Below, piece after piece: positions 8,942 through 16,109 of a stretch of DNA of 48,536 nucleotides; positions within the stretch are counted from its first letter, which is position 1, and each line of letters opens with the position of its first letter. Below the pieces are notes generated by a model, which was given only the letters and a program-made list of their open reading frames with translations, did no database searches and was not told where the DNA came from. Where the stretch lies: the IMG/VR virus record IMGVR_UViG_3300009285_000015, positions 1-48,536 of that record; one strand, 5' to 3'. A program made the translations under genes and the position numbers. The DNA comes from a virus.

Positions 8942-9646
8942 TTATTTAAGGTTTGGAATCAAGTGAATGGGCAAGAAGATGGCCATAGAGGATTGCCCTC
9001 CAGGACCAGCAGCTAAAATCCCCACAATGGTTTTCTGCTTAGTAGAAATGACAACTGACCCCGAGTTTCCTCCGGCACTATAAATGTTCGCTCCATAATA
9101 ATGGTTCCAAGCTAGGGAAGACAAACTAACGTCCTTAGAGCCAACTATTCCCTGTACAGCTAGGAAGTCCACACCAAAGGGAACCCCCACCATAACAAGG
9201 TCCTCGCCTATGATTAGCTTTTCGGAATCTCCAATAGGTAATGTGGCTTTAGAGCCCATTTCTGCTGTAAGAATAGCCCAATCGTGTCCACTATAGTCAT
9301 CAAGATCAGTACTGGTAGCTGACTTTCCGCTTCGTAAGGCAAGTCCAGATTTAAGCAGGGTTGCTTTGTAAAATGTCCTATGATCTTGGGTTACTAAGAA
9401 GTCAGTGCGCTTGAGTTCACTCCCTAGAAAGCAGTGTCCCGCTGTTAGGAGAAGAGTACGACTTGCATTGCTATCAAAGGCACCTGAAGAGCATACCGCA
9501 CTCATTCCACCCACTGAGCGTACATATATGGCCCAAGAGGCTTTCCGAACAGTTTGGAATAGGTCCTCATAGCCTGCAAAAGCTGTTCCACTTGAGAAGC
9601 CAAGAAGAGTACTTATTAAAAGAATGCTTCTAATGAGTAATTTCAC
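8942..9646 (-). CDS. Secreted chymotrypsin-fold (S1) serine protease (234 aa)
   Basis: It has an N-terminal signal peptide (MKLLIRSILLISTLLGFSSGTAFA|G). A His motif LTAGHCF, an Asp in HDWAIL and a Ser motif GGNSGSVV occur in the canonical H-D-S order. Confidence 0.7.
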   Translation of the reverse strand: MKLLIRSILLISTLLGFSSGTAFAGYEDLFQTVRKASWAIYVRSVGGMSAVCSSGAFDSNASRTLLLTAGHCFLGSELKRTDFLVTQDHRTFYKATLLKSGLALRSGKSATSTDLDDYSGHDWAILTAEMGSKATLPIGDSEKLIIGEDLVMVGVPFGVDFLAVQGIVGSKDVSLSSLAWNHYYGANIYSAGGNSGSVVISTKQKTIVGILAAGPGGQSSMAIFLPIHLIPNLK

Positions 9647-9649
9647 AAA

Positions 9650-10381
9650 CTATCCTTCATCAAATGATATTAAGTTGTGCCCATGATACAAAAGAGCAAA
9701 GGTGTTACTTGGTCCGTTTGGTGTACTTACTGCAATGAATTTAGTTGCCTTTTGAATTAAGGGTGCCACAGCTTGATAAACACCTTTTGCTTCTTCTTGA
9801 TATGCGAATTCATCTTCCACTATGAGGCTGGCTGTTTTACCACGTACTTGGTTAGCCCCACCTGCTACTGCTTCAATCATGCTCCCATTTGGATAGCCTA
9901 AGACACCAGCAGTTTCTTTAAGTGGTTGCCTGAGCCAGCTTGGAAGATTTCTTTCTATGAATTGCATTCTCCCGAAGTAACCTGTATCTTTATCTCCACC
10001 TGCCATACAAACCATCTTATGGGCATCTTCTGCCTTTTGTGTCTGCCAAACTATATACTTGTTAGAATGAAACCTAGCAAACCATACACAGTAAGTACAG
10101 AGTGCCCAGCTCACGAACATTTGTCTAGACTTGGCTATAGCAACTCGCTGGTTTGTAGAGATTACTTCCCATAACTCTTTGAGATATTCTAATTGAGGAT
10201 AAGACTTAACACTATCTTGATCAGCTTCATCCCTGGTCTTTACAAACTGTGTGAAGAACCAGCCATCTTTTGCACACCGCTTTAGTGCTTCTTCTCTAAG
10301 AGCATGAACTAGTCTAGCTGCTTCCTCTTTATTTTCCAGGAGTTTGTCTAGATTGGCTGGTTGATTCATAGTTTGATCCAA
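9650..10381 (-). CDS. terL: Large terminase, N-terminal ATPase domain encoded as a separate ORF (243 aa)
   Basis: P-loop region AKSRQMFVS is deviant, with no canonical GK[ST]. VRGKTASLIVEDEFAY provides the Arg plus Walker B DE. VSTPNG is the TerL coupling motif. The ORF stops shortly after this motif, where intact TerL continues into the nuclease domain. Confidence 0.7.
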   Translation of the reverse strand: MDQTMNQPANLDKLLENKEEAARLVHALREEALKRCAKDGWFFTQFVKTRDEADQDSVKSYPQLEYLKELWEVISTNQRVAIAKSRQMFVSWALCTYCVWFARFHSNKYIVWQTQKAEDAHKMVCMAGGDKDTGYFGRMQFIERNLPSWLRQPLKETAGVLGYPNGSMIEAVAGGANQVRGKTASLIVEDEFAYQEEAKGVYQAVAPLIQKATKFIAVSTPNGPSNTFALLYHGHNLISFDEG

Positions 10382-10985
10382 TTAGAGCTTTAACAAGTGC
10401 CTTAGCTTCTTCACTTAGATCACCACTTACAGTATGTTCTACTTGGGCACTTACTTTTAGATTCTCCCCACTGGAAGAGCTTGCTACTTTCTCTAGTGCT
10501 GCTAATCCTCTAGTTATATAGTCAAAGGACTTAGCGTCTGTCTTCTCTTTAGAGACAGTATTTAGCCAATCATAGACTTCTGCATTGACTTGTTGGATGC
10601 TAGCTAGACTGTGAATACGGATAACTTCTCTTACTTTAGTTGCAAACTCTCTTACTTCTGGTCTATTGAGAATTCCTCTGACAGCATAATCACTTAAGTC
10701 AAGGATTTTTACTATTTTTTCCCTGGAGATACCTAGTGCATACATGGCTGCTGCACTATTAGCATCCATGGCCCCAGGAATTTTCTTCCTTCTTCTTGGG
10801 GCTTTATTGTTAGTTCCAGGTGGGTTACCCCCACGTTTATTTTGTTTCTCTCCATGCGTCCTTCTAGTTATGAAAGGAGCCCCTTTATAATGTGGAGGGC
10901 ATTCTCCTTCATAAGTAGGGGTCAAGGAATAACCTTCTAGCTTAAGGAGAGGAGCACCTATTTCACTTTTTTCTATTTCTGTCAT
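10329..10985 (-). CDS. Putative small terminase / DNA-recognition subunit (218 aa)
   Basis: It is the first large gene of the packaging arm, directly upstream of TerL. It has a basic region (RRRKK) and a helix-turn-helix-like segment, GISREKIVKILDLSDYAVRGILN. Confidence 0.4.
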   Translation of the reverse strand: MTEIEKSEIGAPLLKLEGYSLTPTYEGECPPHYKGAPFITRRTHGEKQNKRGGNPPGTNNKAPRRRKKIPGAMDANSAAAMYALGISREKIVKILDLSDYAVRGILNRPEVREFATKVREVIRIHSLASIQQVNAEVYDWLNTVSKEKTDAKSFDYITRGLAALEKVASSSSGENLKVSAQVEHTVSGDLSEEAKALVKALIGSNYESTSQSRQTPGK

Positions 10986-10987
10986 GC

Positions 10988-11167
10988 TTAAGAGTACTTA
11001 ATCCAAGGCACCCAATAAGGATAACTGGGTGTATAAGGGTATTGGGGAGTTAGGTCTCTACCACAAGTAGGGCATCTATGACAAGTAGGACAAACATAGG
11101 GGATAGAAGTGTAGTTAAGAGTAGTCCTATCAGTAGTTGTATCACTGGGGGATGTACTATCTGGCAT
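10988..11167 (-). CDS. 59-aa Cys-rich zinc-ribbon-like protein
   Basis: Hand translation gives MPDSTSPSDTTTDRTTLNYTSIPYVCPTCHRCPTCGRDLTPQYPYTPSYPYWVPWIKYS. AAAGGA lies 5 nt upstream of the ATG, and the stop is 2 nt before the TerS-like start. Below the ORF-track cutoff. Confidence 0.45.
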   Translation of the reverse strand: MPDSTSPSDTTTDRTTLNYTSIPYVCPTCHRCPTCGRDLTPQYPYTPSYPYWVPWIKYS

Positions 11168-11200
11168 AAATTCCTTTAATTAACATATTTAATAGAGGTT

Positions 11201-11250
11201 TAGTTAGACTTCTCAGCTTTCAAGGCTTTATATGAGAGTTAGTCTAACTA
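11201..11250. promoter_or_regulatory. Long inverted repeat at the head of the leftward operon
   Basis: tagttagact (11201-11210) and agtctaacta (11241-11250) form a perfect 10-bp inverted repeat, extended by tctca/tgaga with a small bulge. Confidence 0.5.
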
Positions 11251-11401
11251 TTGCTACAATTTGTAGTATATTCGTAGCATGGATATATCAATCTGTAGTC
11301 ACCTCACTTGTTAAATAACCGGCTCTATGACAAATTGGCAGACTTTCTTCTTTCATATTATTCCCTGTATTTCCGTTCTCCTATTATATAGGAATATAGA
11401 A

Positions 11402-11500
11402 AATGGAAACACTGTTATATTTCAAGTAGTTCCGTGAAACAGTCCCCCTAGAAGAATTGTTAGAATTCCTTAATGAATCTAGATAGTTTCAAGTGTTTCC
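11402..11500. promoter_or_regulatory. GGAAACAC...GTGTTTCC element, copy 1 (shared with 18227..18332)
   Basis: aatggaaacac (11402-11412) and atttcaagta (11419-11428) are identical to blocks at 18227 and 18243. The inverted arm gtgtttcc at 11493-11500 lies 80 nt downstream of the left arm. Confidence 0.5.
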
Positions 11501-11674
11501 TTAGTTTTGTTAAAATTGACTTTCTCTTGAAATAGCATTTCTCCTTACTGCTATTGAGGTTAGCTCGCATAAATAGAGAAGTCAATGGCACTAGGTACTT
11601 AGAGAGCTAGTTAAGGAATTCAATTAGTTATGCTGAATCCTCTTTAAAGCCCCTTTTCTTACTGAAATCCCTAC

Positions 11675-11698
11675 TAGCATTGCTATATAGCAATGCTA
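11675..11698. promoter_or_regulatory. 24-bp perfect palindrome (operator candidate)
   Basis: tagcattgctatatagcaatgcta is its own reverse complement over 24 bp. It lies in the divergent control region. Confidence 0.55.
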
Positions 11699-11800
11699 TC
11701 TTGGGGTGTAGCTTGGAATGCTAGTGCGGAGAATATTCATAGTAAACTCCGCATTGATGCTTGGAAGGCAGAAAGGGAAACCTCGCACAGGGAAAATTAT

Positions 11801-11853
11801 GGAATTTTTTCAAACATTTTCCCTCTTTGAAAGAAATTGGGGAATTTTTTCAA
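11801..11853. repeat. 13-bp direct repeat GGAATTTTTTCAA x2, 40 bp apart
   Basis: Identical 13-mers at 11801-11813 and 11841-11853. Confidence 0.6.
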
Positions 11854-12054
11854 TCCTTGGGACTCCTCTCATTAATAACAGTACTATGACTGTTTATCCT
11901 CGTAATTGACATAGATACTATATAACGTGGTATCTCTTCTCTGGCCCCTTGGCTATACCTGGCCCTGTGGGGGGGCTTGGCTCCCTGGTCTGACCATTGG
12001 ACCAACTGACCACTAGACTCAGCATATGTTGAGTGTTCCTCCCCTGGCATGCAT

Positions 12055-12165
12055 CTTGCAAGGGCTCGCACAAGTCAATTTAGGGCAGCTGGCATGAGAA
12101 ATGCTGCTTGCAAGTAACATACCAAGGGCTTAGATAATAAATGGTATGGATTATGCATTTGCAAG
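12055..12165. repeat. Three phased (C/T)TTGCAAG palindromic sites (iteron/operator candidates)
   Basis: cttgcaag at 12055-12062 and 12107-12114, and tttgcaag at 12158-12165. Each is preceded by atgc. Spacing is 52 and 51 bp. Confidence 0.5.
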
Positions 12166-12389
12166 AGTTGTGCCAAAGAGACAGTGAGACATAATTGCCC
12201 CAGTGGGACATGAACGGGTGAGGCATGAATGCCCCAATGCAGATTGACACGTCAATCATTTCAATACTTTGCCATATTGCCTGGGATTGTCTCATTTATA
12301 AGAAATCTAATGATTTCGCATAGTTAGGGGGTTTGGCATAGCGTCTGCATATTCTCAAAGGTGGTATCCCACAAGGAAGGAAAGGTGAC

Positions 12390-12464
12390 ATGATGATATG
12401 TCATGTTTGCGGCCTCACAACGATGGAGCCGATCTGCCAGGCTCCAAAGCCTGAGAGCACATGA
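12390..12464 (+). CDS. 24-aa micro-ORF a (MMICHVCGLTTMEPICQAPKPEST)
   Basis: AAGGAAGGAAAGGTG purine run sits just upstream of the ATG. Its TGA overlaps the ATG of micro-ORF b (ATGA). It is paralogous to b, with mostly synonymous differences. It contains the hairpin tggagcc...ggctcca (12424-12446). Confidence 0.35.
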   Translation: MMICHVCGLTTMEPICQAPKPEST

Positions 12465-12619
12465 CAAAACAACAGGCGATCAAAATTCTACTCTGTCGTG
12501 TACGCGGTCTGACAACCTGGAGTTTCCCGGGTGGCTCATTCGGTGATTCTTATCCACTAGACTCGCGTGGACATGAACTGGAGCTGATCTGTCAGGCTCC
12601 ACCAGTCAAAGCCCGTTAA
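12461..12619 (+). CDS. 52-aa micro-ORF b (MTKQQAIKILLCRVRGLTTW...ELELICQAPPVKAR)
   Basis: It shares C-x-V-x-GLTT and ICQAP blocks with micro-ORF a. A second copy of the hairpin lies at 12579-12601. The stop sits inside a further hairpin, cccgt...acggg (12612-12630). Confidence 0.35.
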   Translation: MTKQQAIKILLCRVRGLTTWSFPGGSFGDSYPLDSRGHELELICQAPPVKAR

Positions 12620-12694
12620 AGTTTCACGGGTAGTACTCTTTGACAACTGAATAGGTTAGGGGTTAGGCCAAGGGGACAGGAAAGGCACTGTCAA

Positions 12695-13324
12695 ATGGCC
12701 AAGAACAATCGTTACAAGGCTGCCATCGGCACATTCAAGGCTGAGGTTGGCCAAGCCTCCGCCATCCCTGTTGAGCGCATGGCAAGTGAATTGCAAGGCG
12801 CAATCGAGCGAGCCGAATCGCTTGCTCCTGGTAGTGACCACGCCAGAGTCGAGGCTTTGGACATTGCCAGCAAGTTTATCACGGCGGGGTACGGGCGTCG
12901 GAAGGTTGAAGTGTACATGGGGCGCAAGCCTGCTACTCTCCAAAGGTACTTCACCGTGGCTCGTGCCTATGTCAAGCAGACGGTTCCCATCCCTGAGGGG
13001 TGGGAGAACTGGCGGAATGTATGGGAGGCCCACTCGCTCCGCGAGCTTGCCCAGATCGTCAAGGTCAAGCGAGCTGCACCGACACTAGACGATCTACTCC
13101 GGAGAGGCTACATTCGGGCAATCCGGGCCGTCCGCACTTCCGAGTATGTGTATGATGGCTTGGCTGAACAGTGGCATTCCACTAACCTACGGGAAGTGTT
13201 CGGAAACTTCATCAAGACGGGCGACGTAATGGAGCATGCACTATTCGTGGGTGATCCTGTTACAGATGAACAGACTCTCAAGATGCTGGGTGCAATGTTT
13301 CTTCTCGACGAAGAAAACAACTAG
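12695..13324 (+). CDS. Hypothetical early protein, GC-rich gene (209 aa)
   Basis: It is the first large ORF of the rightward arm, with GGAAAGG upstream of the ATG. Hand counts of 60-nt lines give about 62-65% G+C, versus about 42% at 14101-14160. Confidence 0.6.
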   Translation: MAKNNRYKAAIGTFKAEVGQASAIPVERMASELQGAIERAESLAPGSDHARVEALDIASKFITAGYGRRKVEVYMGRKPATLQRYFTVARAYVKQTVPIPEGWENWRNVWEAHSLRELAQIVKVKRAAPTLDDLLRRGYIRAIRAVRTSEYVYDGLAEQWHSTNLREVFGNFIKTGDVMEHALFVGDPVTDEQTLKMLGAMFLLDEENN

Positions 13325-13479
13325 AGTCTCAAGCCTACCCCAACCTAAGCGGGAACAATGGGTCAATGTCAATATGGCATTGGCCTTTTGTTTTGCAACT
13401 CCTGTACCAAAGTTTAGTGGTATGATGGCCTGGTGGTCGGACCACAGATACCACGGTATCAAAGGGAGAGTAAAAGGTG

Positions 13480-13659
13480 ATGAAGCATACATGGTATGGT
13501 TGTCCGGGGCGGTTAGCAAAGTCGCAATTATTTTTGCTACTGTTACTTGGCAAGCCCACCGAAAATGAAAAGTGTTCTTTTTGTTCTGACCTTAGCGAAG
13601 TCGTGTTAGGTGCGTGGTGGACTATTCTATATGGGGGTTCATCACGGATAGACAATTAA
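13480..13659 (+). CDS. 59-aa small protein (WYGCPG...CSFC), possible divergent relative of the CGH family
   Basis: AAAGGTG is upstream of the ATG at 13480, and the TAA abuts the ATG of the next gene (taaatg). Weak. Confidence 0.3.
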   Translation: MKHTWYGCPGRLAKSQLFLLLLLGKPTENEKCSFCSDLSEVVLGAWWTILYGGSSRIDN

Positions 13660-14049
13660 ATGAGCAAAAATGATAAGGAAAGCGAGAAAATGAACCCATA
13701 TGTTACCACACTCTCTCCAGATCACCAATATGATCTTCTCGCGGCAGTCCGGGGGCCAGACTGTCCCAATACTATCCACAACTGTACCTGTGAAACCCTC
13801 AAAAGCATTGTAACAGCGCGCGTCCGAGCAATTCTCTTCTCTTACGTGGGCGGGGCAGCAATAAATGATGAGCCCCTTACGGAAACTGACCTTTTGGCCG
13901 TTGCTAGGATAACCAAGAAAGTTGAGATTCATGCTGTCCATTATGTGCAACATCTGAGCGCCGCTGTCTGGGCTTCACAGGGGCATCGAATTTGGGGAGG
14001 TAGGGGACATGCACTTAGTATCACTCTCTTTGTACGGGATGTCCAATGA
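13660..14049 (+). CDS. Hypothetical protein (129 aa)
   Basis: Intact ORF whose stop overlaps the next start (ATGA at 14046). Confidence 0.5.
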   Translation: MSKNDKESEKMNPYVTTLSPDHQYDLLAAVRGPDCPNTIHNCTCETLKSIVTARVRAILFSYVGGAAINDEPLTETDLLAVARITKKVEIHAVHYVQHLSAAVWASQGHRIWGGRGHALSITLFVRDVQ

Positions 14050-14471
14050 ATGCCTACAATGACCCAGTAGGCTGGGCTAAAAAAGTCTCTGGCCGCACTT
14101 TTCAGCTAAAGGATTATTACTTTGCTATTCAGAGAATCAGAGGACTGGGGCGACGAGAAATACCAAACAATGGTGAAATAAGGCCAACCCTACTTGCATT
14201 CCAATTCCACCAAGCATTATTATTCAATGCAGAGAAGAATGAGCCCTTATTGAGACAATTGCATGCTGTCTTTTATGGCTGGGTTCAAATAGATAATTTC
14301 CAAGTACCAATTTTTTGCAAAGCAATTGGTTGGCCGCCTGAGTGGTCAAAGGCGCTTGCTAGCTGGCCGAACATGCGGCGGCATATCTTAGTTTCACTAG
14401 CTGCTGAAGATAGAAGACAAATACTAAGAACGCTCCGTTCATGCGTCTACGACAATTGGAGTCGGTGCTAA
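14046..14471 (+). CDS. Hypothetical protein (141 aa)
   Basis: Intact ORF. The following gene starts immediately after its stop (TAAATG). Confidence 0.5.
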   Translation: MNAYNDPVGWAKKVSGRTFQLKDYYFAIQRIRGLGRREIPNNGEIRPTLLAFQFHQALLFNAEKNEPLLRQLHAVFYGWVQIDNFQVPIFCKAIGWPPEWSKALASWPNMRRHILVSLAAEDRRQILRTLRSCVYDNWSRC

Positions 14472-14663
14472 ATGCGATTAACCTGGAGGCCTGTTATAAC
14501 AGGATATAGGGGGAATAACTCAAAATGTCAAGCTAAACCGAGTTGTCCTAATAGTGCTGCACAGGTCATAAATGGACAATCCGTGTGCATTGCTTGTGCA
14601 ATCACTGGCATGCTAGCATTGTTAGGACACAAAAAACAAAAGGGGAGGTTAAATGATGTGTAA
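14472..14663 (+). CDS. Small Cys-rich protein (63 aa; C..C...CIAC)
   Basis: Translationally coupled ORF with four or more Cys residues and a hydrophobic C-terminal half. Confidence 0.4.
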   Translation: MRLTWRPVITGYRGNNSKCQAKPSCPNSAAQVINGQSVCIACAITGMLALLGHKKQKGRLNDV

Positions 14664-14832
14664 TCTGAAATCTCCCTGTACTCCCCCCCTCCGCATTTAT
14701 CATCAAACAGGGGGGCATACGGTTCTAGCTTGTATGAATGGACATCACTTCATTCTAGGAGAGCCCCCACCACCACCTATTAAATCGGGAAGCTCGCATA
14801 AGGGAAAAAGTTGGCGTAAGTTTATTAAATGA
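14653..14832 (+). CDS. 59-aa small protein (..VLACMNGHHF..), possible degenerate CGH-family relative
   Basis: GGGGAGG lies 5 nt upstream of the ATG. Hand translation gives MMCNLKSPCTPPLRIYHQTGGHTVLACMNGHHFILGEPPPPPIKSGSSHKGKSWRKFIK. Confidence 0.35.
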   Translation: MMCNLKSPCTPPLRIYHQTGGHTVLACMNGHHFILGEPPPPPIKSGSSHKGKSWRKFIK

Positions 14833-14871
14833 TTGTAGGCAATGCCTCTAAACCCATGAGGTAAATGAAAA

Positions 14872-15924
14872 GTGGCTGAAAAGAAAAAAGAAGCTACAAA
14901 TAACAATCTCCCACCAGAGCAACGCCTAGCTTGGATTCTTGATAAAGCAATCGCGGACCCAAATATGGGCATTGTTACTTTCATTGGTCCTACGCAGCAA
15001 GGGAAGACACATTTCATTCGGGAATATTTAAAAGAGCATGGGCTTGAAATCATCATGCTCAACCCACAGAATGATCTTCCTGAAGATATTGGCGGCTGGC
15101 CTATGAGAAAAGGAGGAATTCTCTCATTTACCCAGCCTAGTGCTATTCCAGGTAGATTGTTAGAGAATCTGGATTCTAAATGGGCATTGTATATTGATGA
15201 AGGGGATAAAGCAAGAGATGATACTTTATCTTGCTTGTTAACCCTTCTCAATCCCGATGAGCGTAGATTGCGGGAGACGGTTATTCCTTTGCATGTTCCA
15301 ATTATCATGAGTATGAATGAGCGTTCTACCTTACCAGAGCCATTTGTAGCTAGATGTTTGTTTATTGTTTTTCCACAGGAAGATATGTCTGTAACAACAC
15401 GACCTGATCTACTTGTAATAAAACACTTTGCTGAAGAATTATGCCCACCCCCCAAAGTTTCATTCCCTGCAAGACCAGATACACCAGGAAGTTTGCATAA
15501 GTTAGTTAGGTGGATGAAGTTACCAGAGTTTTGGAAAGATGAGGGAATAAGGTGGGCAATTGTTCGTGGATTGTTTAGTGAAAAAGGAGCAACTGTAGTC
15601 ATGTCTCGCCTTATGGACGTTGTGCCTAAGCACTGTAAAGAATGGGCTGAAGTGGTGAAATCAAGTGATTTGAATGAGAACATTATTGAAATCTTGAGTG
15701 CAGCGAATTATCAGGAAGCTGTAGACGTGTTGACTGTCTTAGCAAAGAGAGCAAATGAGGACCCAACCGGTGAATTGGATAAAATGTTTACTGCTTTCTT
15801 AAACACACCTAAAGCTTTGTATGGGGTTAAACGGCCTGCCCATTTGGATATTGGAAAAGCTGCTTTGAAAGAAGTCCTTGGAAAAATAAAGAGTGAAGAT
15901 GCAGTTACAGAGAAGAAAAAGTAA
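14872..15924 (+). CDS. MoxR/AAA_5-like AAA+ ATPase (350 aa, GTG start)
   Basis: Walker A is GPTQQGKT and Walker B is ALYIDEGDKA. It is paired with a downstream vWA protein, as in MoxR-vWA/CobS-CobT-like systems. Confidence 0.65.
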   Translation: MAEKKKEATNNNLPPEQRLAWILDKAIADPNMGIVTFIGPTQQGKTHFIREYLKEHGLEIIMLNPQNDLPEDIGGWPMRKGGILSFTQPSAIPGRLLENLDSKWALYIDEGDKARDDTLSCLLTLLNPDERRLRETVIPLHVPIIMSMNERSTLPEPFVARCLFIVFPQEDMSVTTRPDLLVIKHFAEELCPPPKVSFPARPDTPGSLHKLVRWMKLPEFWKDEGIRWAIVRGLFSEKGATVVMSRLMDVVPKHCKEWAEVVKSSDLNENIIEILSAANYQEAVDVLTVLAKRANEDPTGELDKMFTAFLNTPKALYGVKRPAHLDIGKAALKEVLGKIKSEDAVTEKKK

Positions 15925-16109
15925 TGTTGCCCCATAGAAAACTTATTGTTAAGGGGTGTGGCCATCTTTGTTTGAAAACGGCAAATATTGCCCTAACTAC
16001 TAATCGTATTTACCAGTCCACGGCAAAATGCGCTTTATGTGATCCTAGTATACGTGGACTTTGTGCTGTTTGCCAGGAGGGAACTAGTGACAAATCGACT
16101 GCCATCTGA
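15924..16109 (+). CDS. CGH miniprotein family member, long form (61 aa)
   Basis: MLPHRKLIVKGCGHLCLK...CALC...CAVC. The ATG overlaps the upstream stop (TAATG). Confidence 0.6.
   Translation: MLPHRKLIVKGCGHLCLKTANIALTTNRIYQSTAKCALCDPSIRGLCAVCQEGTSDKSTAI

Noticed and set aside
8108-9650. Intein or group I intron as the explanation for the split terminase
   Set aside because: The intervening sequence encodes three ORFs with their own start and stop codons, and one has a signal peptide. I saw no intein splice-junction blocks (C/S...HN-C/S/T) in frame with TerL and no obvious intron-like structured core. Only RNA data could exclude splicing fully.
12055-12165. CRISPR-like array (also considered for 34225..34258 and 18136..18170)
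   Set aside because: The repeats are only 8-13 bp, there are two or three copies, and the spacers are not in the 25-40 bp repeat plus 30-40 bp spacer format. No cas genes are present.
11718-12295. ORF-track entries 11718..11909 (+), 11850..12071 (-) and 12080..12295 (-) in the control region
   Set aside because: They have no ribosome-binding sites, implausible Cys/His/Trp-rich or repeat-derived translations, and they are built across the direct and palindromic repeats. I treat the region as regulatory DNA.
14745-15683. 312-aa minus-strand ORF antisense to the AAA+ ATPase gene
   Set aside because: It is fully overlapped by a plus-strand ORF with clear Walker A/B motifs. The translation is Ser/Leu/Arg-rich with no motif and no upstream ribosome-binding site. 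It is a typical shadow ORF.
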